Source of the DNA: Antedon mediterranea
Lineage: Eukaryota > Animalia > Echinodermata
DNA: 64,000 nt
Assembly (NCBI RefSeq): GCF_964355755.1
Contig: NC_092670.1
Location: 12,944,795-13,008,794, forward strand
Direction: 5' to 3'
The notes under the pieces were generated by a model. That model did no database searches. It saw only the letters and a program-made list of their open reading frames with translations, and was not told where the DNA came from. Shown in pieces: positions 25,301 through 36,906 of the stretch; position 1 is the first letter of the stretch, and every line of letters begins with the position of its first letter. The position numbers and the translations under genes were made by a program.

Positions 25301-28300
25301 CTCTTTATTTACTGGATCTTTCAGAAAGTCTGGAAAATTCCATGGAATCTTTGTTTGTCCCCCAACTTTCCTCCTGACCCCTTTTCCTCTTTTTTTCTCT
25401 CTTGTAGACTGCTTAAGACTATCTGTTCTGTAAGTGTCCCACACTATATCAATTCTGTTACTATTCTGCAGCTGCTGTCTGGTCCACGGTAGAAAGACCT
25501 GTCATACAAATGATACAAGAATAATGATCCGCATATAGAAGTGACCAATTATGTGGTGGTTAAACAATAGATACAATCCTGAATGCAAAGAAATGTACTC
25601 ACCTTATCACCGTAGTCATAAAATGTAAATGCATGGTTGCTGGAAAGAGCATGGACAATAGCAGCTCCGTCAAACACCTTTACATCAAAATATGTAGGAG
25701 GTTCAGGCTGGCCTTCAGTCTCCAAATGCTGTAGCAAATCAGACTTCTTAGTTGGTAGTCGAAGCTTTCCATTTACTGCCAAAGAGGGTGGCCATGGCTG
25801 GTTTTAATGCATGAAGAAGTCTTCCAAATCTCCATCACGAGATTGACTTGCAATATACAGTCGACTGAATAGGCTGCAGTCACTTTTTAAACTCTTAACT
25901 TGTTGCTTTGTTTTGGACACTGATTTTTACCGTGGTGTGTTGAACAACGGCAGCTTATTCTGTTTGATGGCTTGTTGAATTGCAACACTTCTGTCGAGAA
26001 TAACTTCCTTGAAATATTTTTGGTACTGGGTAGTACCTACATCCTGAATTGTACGAACTGTCACTACTGGACTTTCATTGTCACAATCTCGAGCATCCAA
26101 GACCAGAAGTTCTGAACAATTATCGAGGAATGGGTTGCCTGCATTTGAAATTGTTTTGTGTAGCCTGTTGACCTGAACTTTAAATGTTTCTTGGGTAGAG
26201 AGTCCTTGTTCTCGTTGCTGAAAGTCATTCGGATCATAAACCATGAACTGACTCTCGAACTCTGTAATCAGTCTCGCTTGTTCTGGCTCCGCCACCATCC
26301 ACCTCTTAAACGCTGTTGGATTTTCTGTAAGTCCGACTGCACCCCCAGTTCCTTTTACTAATTCGTTGTTCTGCTCATGAGATTGGTCAATGGGCATACA
26401 GGAGAACTTTCTTGTTGTTTTTTAAATAACCCAGAACTTCTTAAAATCTTCTTTGATGTTTACAGGTAGTGTATTCATGTCCCTAATGTGGATGGGAATT
26501 GCCTTTTTGCTCAGGGAACTGCAAGTGCCGTTCAGCAGGTCTTTCTTGCACTGGTCTTTGTTACCCATGCCGTGGAACTTGTTCGTCATCTAGCAACTCT
26601 GTACCATTATAAGTGTTTGTTTCCAGATAAATAATTTCATAAAAGTAAAGTTGATAATCACCTCCATGTATTATTATGGATACTAACGCCATAATTGTCA
26701 GTCAAATAGATCTTTTGTCTGTTTACTTTGTCCAGTGATTATTTAGTCAAGTTTGATACAGTACGGTATATGTTTTATATACTTTTTTTCAGTGGTTCCT
26801 AATATTATGTTAAAGGAAAGTAACTGGTACAGGATAAATATATATTAGTAGTTTTATTACAAAAATGAATGTTGTGGTTCTTATAACTACTGTACAATGT
26901 TCATAACATAGCACAATATTGGCGCGTTTTGATTGAAATCCCCTTCAATATGACAGATAATTACATTATTTGACCTATATATTCCGTCTGAAGAGAAATC
27001 ATATATTTTGTATGTGTGTATTGCAATGTACATGTCATGAGTTTTAATTTGATACCAAACTTGGTATGTATATACGAAATTTAAGTTTTCTCCTAATTAC
27101 GTAATACTAAAAAAAGGGCGTGGTCCAAATGACGTCCTTAAATTGTTCCGATTTTTGGGCACCCCTTCTAGGATTGTTAGATATACCCTAAAGAAGGTTT
27201 GTGCCAAATTTGGTGCTTTTGTCACAAAGTGCACAAAAAAAGTGCTAAGTTACCCTGCTAGAAGAAGCTATCGAGATCTGGTGGGAAATCTGTGTAGGGC
27301 TTTCGCGATTTATCTGGGTAAGGTTTGCTTAATTGGAATGCTCGTAGGTCTTCTTGTACAATATCTATATTCTTCTCTGATGACTGCCAAAAAAATAAAA
27401 AAAGAATTCGTAAAACGGAGATAATCACATATACATAGTCGTACTTTTGTTTATAGCTCTTAACAAACTAAAACTTTTCAAATATATATTATTTTCATAC
27501 AATTTTTAAGTAATAGGAATCGTGTAAACTTTGTTTTCCCTAAAACTTTACATTTCCATCCAATGATTGGTCGATTCTATGGTGTATCTAATTAATGTGA
27601 TAGTGTGTCAAATTCCTAGATACATCGTGACATGTGACATTATTTATACCACCCATTATATATTGATGTCTGTGGCGGATATGAGACGCTGTATCACGGA
27701 ACTTTAAGATGTAGCATGCCTACACAGAATCAGGTTGGCCTATTACGGTTATTGTCTAAACCTAGTTCAGACTGACAAACTTTTCTTTGCAAATTCAAGC
27801 AACCTGCGAACAGTTTTGTTAGTGTAGACCAGTTGACAAACTTCGGTAAACTGCGGAAAACATGTTTGCAGAAGTCTACACTAGGACAATTTTGCAAACT
27901 AGAGAAAACTAAAATATGGTATGGTGTACTAGAGCAAAACAGATTCTAAATGGTATGCATTTTACCTTTGCAAATATTTCTTTAGTGTTTTTAGTAGACT
28001 CCTTGTTGAAATAAGAGACGATTGCATCTGCAGTAGATTCTATGGCAGACTTAAATGATTTACCAACAGCGTTCACCAACTTGATTTGTTTAAATTCTAA
28101 TGGAATATCCTGGACATCCTCATCCAAAAAGATCGGAATCAGTGTCAAATCTCGATTCTAAAAATTAAAATCACTATTATTAGTACGCAAGTATCTATTA
28201 TATAAAAGAACATATCCCAGAGGGGGATGCGGAGAAGAAGAAGAAAAAGGAGGAGTAAGAGAAGGTGGAAAATGAAGATAATGAGATAGAGGAGAAAATC

Positions 28301-31300
28301 GAAGAATAGAAAGATGAGATAAAAGAGGAAGAAAAGGAGAAGAAAGAGAAAGGGGAGTAAGAGAAGGTGGAAAAGGAAGATAATGAGATAGAAGAGAAAA
28401 ACGAAGAAGAGAAAGATGAGATGAAAGAGGAAGAAAATTAGGAAAGGAGGAGTAAGAGAAGGTGGAAAAGAAAGGTAATGAGATAGAGGAGAAAAAAGGT
28501 GAAGAGAAGGATGAGATAAAAGAAGATATAGAGGAGAAAAATGAGGAAAATTAGGAGAAAGAGAATGAAAGGGAGGAGTAAGAGAAGGAGAAAAACAAAG
28601 AAGAGGAGGATGCGATAAAGAGGATATAGAGGAAGAAAATAAGAAATAGGAGAAAGAGAAGGAAAAGGAGGAGTAAGAGAATGTGGAAAAGGAAGATAAT
28701 GAGATAGAGGAGAAAATCTAAGAAGAGGAGGATGCAATAAAAGAGGATATAGAGGAAGACAATGAAGAATACTAGGAGAAGACAGAGAAGGAAAAGAAGG
28801 AGAATAAAGAAGCTGAGGATGATGAGGAGTGGAAAGAGGCCTGCAGACGAAGAAATATCAAGATAATAAGGAAAATGACGGACGAAGGAGCAAGAGATAG
28901 AGAAAGAAGGATGTGGAAGAGCTAACTGAATCTGTACGTGTACCCAATCACTTCTATTCTAAATATTACTGAATTCTATCTATATTTGATATTATTAATA
29001 AACATACCTTTTGAGAATGTTTTGCAAGCGCCAAGTTAAACTCTTCTCTGCAAACAGGTGACTTCAGATAATCTTTGGTTACCATTGCAACTAGCATCGT
29101 GCTGCCATCTATGGCATGGTATAAAGTCTGTTGCCAAGTAGTTCCTATAAATGTGATATTATTAATTTATTTTAATTACGCAAATAAATGGCACTGTTCT
29201 ATTCCATTACTTGTTGTATTACGTCATATTAAATTTTCAATGTTTAAATGTAATTATGTTGTCTGACGTCATATTATAGCTTCACGTGATGAAAGGTCTG
29301 AAATGGTTGAAATAATTATGAATGATGTACCGGTCTTAAGCTCTTGTGTGTCGAAAAAGACCTTCAGATTTTGGTCGAGCTTGGTCAAGATTTCTCTGAG
29401 CTGGGCAGCTTGCTCGGTGTTACGATGGCAGTACGAGATAAAGACGTCATACTCCAGTGTAGGGTGTTCATGTATCTCTGCATGTACGTCAACATTTAAC
29501 GTCAACGCAAGTTGCTCACAAGCATGGCTAATCTTCACTCTTCTGTAAATAACAACAAAATATGTATTGTTAATCACAGCGATAGAAAAGTATTCATTAG
29601 TATCTCGCTATCATATAAAACCTGCCAGTATACATACACCTATATTGTATGTACTGTATCTTAACATGTTCAGTTTGTTAGGAAAGTTTCTTGATACACA
29701 GGGCCGGGGCATGTTTATCACGTGTGACACTGTGTTTAGGAATTTGTATTATGACAACAAACAAACATGGCATTGCACATAATACTATATGTATAAATCT
29801 TTGTTTTTTATTTACTTACAAACAATCAATATATTGTACGAGTCCCATGTATGTTGGCATTTTCTGCACTTGTTCAATATAGAACGGAGCAAGTAGATCT
29901 CGTCGAGCCTTCCTGTTGCAGCATAATGCTATGTTGTACTGTTCGACACATGGTGTTGATTTTAGGTAACTGGGGCTTAGTACTGGAGAAAAACAAGAAA
30001 TTAAAAAAAAATGTATTTGCGATTTTACGAAAATGTAAAAGTGTTTTAGTCAAAAGCTTTTGGAAGTGTTGTTTGTGCGCGGAGAATTGACAGGAAAAAT
30101 CGATAATTAAATTAATTTTTCTTTAAATATTTATATAAATTATGAAAAGTTTTTCGTGGGAATTAGAGAACATGTATTTGGACAAAACAATGTACTTATG
30201 TTTTGAAATACGAAGATATAATTTCGTTCCTTTTATCGACCTCATAAGTATTATTATTTAATTTGCATGCCAATTTGCATCAAGCATACTACATGTGCGT
30301 GTTTGTGCATGTTCATTGTGGTAGTGTATGATGCAGCCACTTATTTGTTTGTGTTGGATTACCTTGCTTATTTGGTGTATATAATTAGAAGAAGTATTAC
30401 ATAAAGGAACTGATATACCATATTAATGTAATTCGTTATGTGCGTATGTAAGCGAGAAGGACAAGATAATGCTTTTGTAAAGTTCTACCGGCGCGCTCCA
30501 TCACATACTATTTTGTTTCACTGGATTTACTTTTTGGATATATACAAAATATGGAGAACAGAAGAACATCATTTGTCTTATTTCCTCTTTGTTTTCTGAG
30601 TTAACTGAAGCAACTATTGAATGGATTATTAAGTAAGGTAGGTGCAGTTATTTTTTAGTTAGTGTGTATTGTCAAGAAAATGTATCTCAATCGGCAATGC
30701 TTAGGAAAAACCAGTCGTGTTTTAATATGGCGTTTATTGTCGCGAGTAATTTACGTTAGCATTTGCGAGTAGAGAACTGGCGGAGCCTGGTTTGGATTGG
30801 TCGGTTAAAAATAATGAAGAGTAGGCCTATATTTTGGAAGTATCCATACACAGACACATAACAAAATATTTAATATTTGTTACAAAGTACTAACAGTGCA
30901 ATGGTCTGTGCAATATAGGAGGTTTTGTCGATGTAGGCTTATTTCGCATGACGGTATCAAACTGTTTTCGAATTCGGCGGGCACCCAAATACAATTGAAT
31001 TTAAATGCCTTTATTTTGTACGTTTTGTACCGGTACTGTTCAATCATCTAAGCATTTATAATAAAGTTAGGCCTACCTGTGATGACCCTAGCACACCTGA
31101 TCATGACTTCATACATGTCTTCCTGCCATACTTGGTCTTCTTTCAGCTCTTGCTGACTGCCAAAGATGCGAATATCGGGCTTAACAACTGCCAAGTGTTT
31201 GCTAATAGAACTCGCAGTTTCTCCATCCTCCTTGCTAAATGACAGGTATACATCAAACTCTATCTTCACTTTCTAAAATCAATGACGTCATAAGTAAAAT

Positions 31301-33290
31301 ATTTGTGCTAATATCTTTCTAATTACAATTGCTTTCCACTATTTCATTACTGTCATTTACAGGGTGTTTTCTATTAGTATTATTTTTACTTTTCCTATTT
31401 GTTGAGGCCTTCCTCTCGACCGTCTTACGTTTCTGTTTAATCAGTTTAGTGCAATCAAACACAATTGCTATACAATGAAAACACGAACACTAAAATGGAT
31501 GGACACATATACAAATAAAATGCAATCTTTCCTCAAAAAGTAATTAAAAAAAAAAATTGAAATATTTAGTTATTGCCGTAACAAAAACGCGTTTTTCTTA
31601 GACTTTACAGTACCTTTGGTATAACACTTTTCATGTCAAACTTCATCTTCAATTCTTTAAACTGTTCACACACTTCTTCAAGGCCTCTCATAGGTGGAGG
31701 ATCACCGGCTTCAAAGCAAGCGTAGAGCACAATCTTTAGCTTGCGGAGTGGCAGCCCTGCTTTCATCCAGTTTACGGCTGCCTCTACCATTCCTTTTAAC
31801 ATTAGCACTTTACTTCGTCCCTGATAAAAGTAGAAACAACTTGTGTTTTATGATATATTAATGACGTCTCATATGAAGTAGAATTGTCTTCATTTCCAAA
31901 GTACCCGTCTTTAAAAAAAAAGAAATAGGAGCAGAGAGGACCCATGATCACTCCTGCCAAGCAGAACAGGAATGACGATTCCTTTCCTCTGGCCCTCTAC
32001 ATCCTCTCTTTATTTCTGTATTTTACCAACTAAATTCCCTTCCCTTGATAGAAAAGTCCAAATTAGTTCTTGATGTTCACCACACCCTATCAACACACTA
32101 GTAGCACCATCGGTATTGTTTAAAACGTAATACGATTTCTATTTTACCTGGTCACCTGTGTTCAGCAGAGGTGTAATGACTGTGCCATCCTGGTTGTTAA
32201 GAACTGGAACCAAACAACGATATACGTCCGCAACAAGTTCCTGTGGTTTAGATTTCCCGTGACTTAAATAAATGATTTAACCATCGTTAGATAATTATGC
32301 TTCAAGCTCACATGGTACATCTGTGCCGTATAATTATGTACACAGTACATTGTATTTATATACAATATACATACTTGGCCTACTTGGGGGTATCTATTTG
32401 TTTCGTACTGAATAATTAGGCCTACGTCTTTTTGTTTTACCGAATGCATCCTAAGTAGGCTATATTTGAATGAATAAATTGAAATTAAAACTCACTATCT
32501 GGTCTCAAAGCAAAGAAGCCGTCTGTATGGCAAATGATCCGGTAGTGGATGGGACCACCAGCATGAGTAGAGGTTGCGAAGATCTTCTGCTTTATTTTTT
32601 GCCAGTTCTCTGACGTTTAGATTTAAGTTTCGCTTCAGAGCACCAATAACTGAGGTCGGTGTTGCTAAATAATCGCCTAACATATAAAATATGGGATTAA
32701 CAGAATTAGAAGAATTAGAATTCGCCTACACTTTCAATACCTCATTATTACAGTGTTTACATACAGTATTTTTTATTGAGCCTATCCCGATCGAGTTAAT
32801 GCCTTTTTTGAATTAAAAATATTTTTCTCATAAAGTAACCATGTCTTTCAAGATGTGCTTTTTTTTGTCGTCATAGGCCTACTTTTGTTGTGACACTTTT
32901 CATGTCAAAACTTTTTTAATCAAACTTAAATTTCCAGAGAGAGGCATAAAAACAATGTAATAGGAATACAATGAGTGCTGCAAAATAAACGAACATTCAC
33001 AGAAGTATGACATCACAATACAAATAGATACACTTATTAGAACATCAGATCAGAGAACGAGAACATTGCCAAATAATGTCATCGTAGTACCAGTAGGCCT
33101 GCATTTCTACATGAGCTAGGCCTACGCTAGATGCTATAACTAACATACCTCTGAATGCTGAAATCATTATCACGTCTACTTTATCTTGTTGTTCAAGTTT
33201 AGTGATGTCCCCAAAACATAAATCGATCTCACAACTGCCATTTTGCGTTATAACGGTTATTGTATCGGAGACAACAAATCCAGCAACCAT
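22391..33290 (-). CDS. Macro-TIR-TIR-TIR gene, copy A, interrupted in exon 10 by an Academ element (predicted 556-aa Macro-TIR-TIR product, or pseudogene); exons 33290..33149, 32676..32496, 32262..32148, 31820..31614, 31272..31077, 29982..29820, 29542..29331, 29144..29008, 28157..27966, 27383..27261 + 23517..23123, 22806..22678, 22496..22391; possible terminal exon 20146..20126
   Basis: Exon-by-exon paralog of copy B with the same intron phases. Macro-like LCFGDITKL..VDVIMISAF..TPLLNTGDQG; TIR starts FDVYLSFS, YDVFISYCH, NIVLSFS. Confidence 0.85.
23521..27260 (-). mobile_element. AcademX-type DNA transposon, internally deleted and rearranged, degenerate transposase
   Basis: Termini TAGCAGGGT...ACCCTGCTA; 3-bp TSD GAA (23518-23520, 27261-27263); about 720-bp inverted arms. 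ORF remnants PIDQSHEQNN..KGTGGAVGLTEN..RW, DGAAIVH, VRTVDTDV, FHAFTGSDT (XPG-like), QDALLQHSKR..YQA..W and a Cys-rich tail. Confidence 0.9.
28225..28920. repeat. Purine-rich (GA) low-complexity intronic tract with internal duplications
   Basis: Recurrent GGAGTAAGAGAAGGTGGAAAA...GATAATGAGATAGAGGAGAAAA blocks. Confidence 0.85.
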
Positions 33291-34544
33291 GTTGATAGGA
33301 CCTAATGATTAAACAATACGTGTTCAAACTTTAGCTTGCTTGAAACAAATTCTTGAAGTATTTTTCTGTCTTTACCAAGACAGTTCCTGGTCACAAGTAC
33401 TTAAAGTTCCAATATTAAGAATGACGATAAATCGAATCGTTTTATGACTAAGAAAGTGGATTAATTCCGAGGTCATCCCGGTCAATTCTTTCCTAGAATG
33501 TAGGCCTAAGTTCTTATTTCACAAGTTTAAAGCAACTTTAAGGAAAGTTGATGTATTCCTACATAGGAGCCTATGCGTTATCGGATATGAATTGCTAAAC
33601 GGTCTTCCTGTTATATGACAGGAGGAAGGAAGAAATAACATATCATGGCAATTAAGGTATCCCAATAGCTTGTATATTACCTTGATAGCTACCTTATATA
33701 GTAGGCTATCCACGTATTCAAAATTGTAGAGAGATATATAACACGTTTGTTAAAGTAAATGTTTTTAGACGTGTTGTGTTTGTATGCCCATATATGTTTG
33801 ATTAAATACACCAATACCTATTAGAGTTGAATCCGTAGCCGCGGCACGCTTATGTGTGACAAGTTGAAAGCCTCTCGTAGTAGTGCGCTTATAACCGCGC
33901 TTATTACAAAGTTGCATTGCGTTATTGTCAGTCAACACGTAGGCCTATGACACCCATACTTAGTGGCATTTGAAAGCATTGGTCTAATGCGCCTTATGCG
34001 TTATTGTCAAGCCGCTATGAGGCCTACCTATATGGCTATGCCTACGCCTGTCAAACATGCATTTAATTTGGAATATTCATATTATATCTATCTAAACACA
34101 ATACAAATATAAATACCTAAATATAAATTATATCAAGCATTGCGAACAAAGAATTAAAATAATCACCAAACCTACCGCAAGACTAGATTGTTTAGTTTTA
34201 TCCGCATGAACTGATTTAAATAATAGGAATGGTTTCAATGCAAGGATGAACTTATTGACCCGAAATAAAGAAATCGATTTGGTATATTTAATGTATGTGA
34301 GTAAGGACGCGATATAATGAGAATCATCATTTATGGCGATGACTAATAATTCATTAAAAAAAATTGATGGCGCGTATTACGTATACTGTAGGCCTATTAA
34401 TATTATACTTGCTTTGCATGACGAGAACACTAAAAGGCCGTGTTTTAGCAGCCAAAAATTAACCGATAATTTTATTTTGGCTGCGGAAACACAGCCATAG
34501 CAAAATGAATATTGCTTACTTGTGATCGCATGGCTATTCTGAAT

Positions 34545-35390
34545 TAAATTCCATGGTTATCCCGAATTCCATGGTTATCCTGGAATCGATGGTTTTATAC
34601 ATGTATTCCATTCTACGGTTATACTGCATTAAATCCTTTTTTCATGGTTATCCTTGATTATTGTTATCCTGTTTCCATGGTTATCGTTTAATACATGATC
34701 AATATCCTGGATTCCATGGTTATCTGTTTCTATAGGCCTACGTGTCTTCCATGGTTATCCTATGATCGTGCATTCTATTGTTGAGTATTATTTCCAATAT
34801 TATGATTGAAAAAAGATTCTATCGTGATCCTGGATGCCATGGTGATCCTGGATGCCATGGTGATCCTGAATTCCATGGTTATCCTGGATGCCATGGTGAT
34901 CCTAGATGCCATGGTTATCCTGGATGCCATGGTGATCCTGAATTCTATCGTGATCCTGGATGCCATGGTGATCCTGAATACTATGGTTATCCTGGATGCC
35001 ATGGTGATCCTGAATACTATGGTTATCCTGGATGCCATGGTGATCCTGAATTCCATGGTTATCCTAGATGCCATGGTTATCCTCATGCCATGGTGATCCT
35101 GAATTCTATCGTGATCCTGGATGCCATGGTGATCCTGAATTCCATGGTTATCCTAGATGCCATGGTTATCCTGGATGCCATGGTCCTGAATTCCATGGTT
35201 ATCGGGATGCCATAGTGATCCTGAATGCCATGGTGATCCTAAATTCCATGGTTATTGGGATGCCATGGTGATTCTAAATGGCATGGTTATCGGGGTGCCA
35301 TGGTGATCCTGAATTCCATGGTTATCCTGGAGGTTATCCTGGATGCCATCCATGGTGATCCTGAATTCCTGGTTTCATGGATGTCATGGT
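34545..35390. repeat. 18-bp minisatellite (CCATGGTKATCCTGGATG / CCATGGTGATCCTGAATT), degenerate at its left edge
   Basis: Direct inspection. Confidence 0.9.
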
Positions 35391-35709
35391 GATTATGCCG
35401 AATCCCATTTTGGGGATTATGCCGAATCCCATTTTGGGGATTATGCCGAATCCCATTTTGGGGATTATGCCGAATTCCATTTTGGGGATTATGCCGAATC
35501 CCATTTTGGGGATTATGCCGAATCCCATTTTGGGGATTATGCCGAATCCCATTTTGGGGATTATGCCGAATTCCATTTTGGGGATTATGCCGAATTCCAT
35601 TTTGGGGATTATGCCGAATCCCATTTTGGGGATTATGCCGAATTCCATTTTGGGGATTATGCCGAATCCCATTTGGGGGATTATGCCGAATCCCATTTTG
35701 GGGATTATG
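35390..35709. repeat. 24-bp minisatellite (GATTATGCCGAATYCCATTTTGGG), about 13 copies
   Basis: Direct inspection; 8-residue periodicity in the spurious ORFs (GDYAESHF). Confidence 0.9.
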
Positions 35710-36906
35710 TTCTATATTTAGTAGTTTTATTTATGTTAATAAATATTCATGGTTGGCTGTCAGAAGATCAACACGCTCATATTCCATGAGTTGTCTTTAA
35801 TTGGAGACAGACATCTACAATTACTTTCTATTTTTAAGGTTCTATAGTGCATTTATTAATAGGAAAACAATTCACAATGTACGTTACATGACTAACCTGG
35901 TCCCAAAAGGTCTTTAATTAGAGGTAGACTTCTTAGGTATCAATATTGTCATTATTATAAAAACAATTGTGCAGCATTGGCAGGAAACACAGAATGATTG
36001 ATAGTAAAAATAAAATAATAATTATACTGTATATAACAATTCAAGTACTAAGTAGGCCTACAGTAAAGTTAAAACGTCTAAAAAATAAAAGTTTTTACAT
36101 TTTATATAAAATCTATATCATATTAAAAATATTTACAATAAATATCAGAGGTTTGCAACAAATAGATAAAATTTGTTGATGTATAGATAGATAAAATAAA
36201 ATTAGTTGAGGTATATATTAAAAAATCCGCTATTTGATAGAGTAGAAAAAAATAAATAACCCGCAGCAACGTCACTAAATTTGTTTCCACTATAAACGCT
36301 TATCATTCCTCTCTGGCTATTTACTAATTATTACATTTTGATACTATCTTTTCAATTTAAACTACGATCTAGTTCATGTTTAATACCCAAAGACTGTTAC
36401 TGTCAAAGTAAAATATCAAATTTAAATATGATCACCTAAAGGTATGATATATATTACTGTACACATATTTCGATTACTTATCTAGTGTGCAGATAACAAA
36501 AATGTTTCCACACACATTAATGCACATTACAAAGATTGTACTGTTGTAATCATGACACATTATTATTATTGAGGGTATCTTAGCCAAGGATTTTTCTTTA
36601 AAGTATAATTTTGAATGTTTAAGTGAAATTTTTATTTTTGGTTTCGATCTTCTATCGAATTGTGAAAATGCTTTATTGTTTTATTATGTACAACAATTTC
36701 TTGTTAATTCTGGAAGATTTGATTGATGTTTCAGTTGATTTTTTGTTTTAAAATGTTATATTTGTTAATCTAAGACGCCTTGAAGCTAAGGTGGTTCCAC
36801 CTTGTAAGGCGCCTCTGTGTAATATACTGAATAAAAAAAAAAATCATGACATAGAATTGAACCCAAGAGCCTGGGGGATTCGACAGTATTACCGCAAAAT
36901 TGCTCA

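Noticed and set aside
28438-28737. Hydrophobic membrane-protein ORF
   Set aside because: Translation of a GA-rich low-complexity intron tract.
34775-35789. Repetitive ORFs (GCHGDP)n, (GDYAESHF)n
   Set aside because: Minisatellite translation artefacts on both strands, with no splice or domain support.
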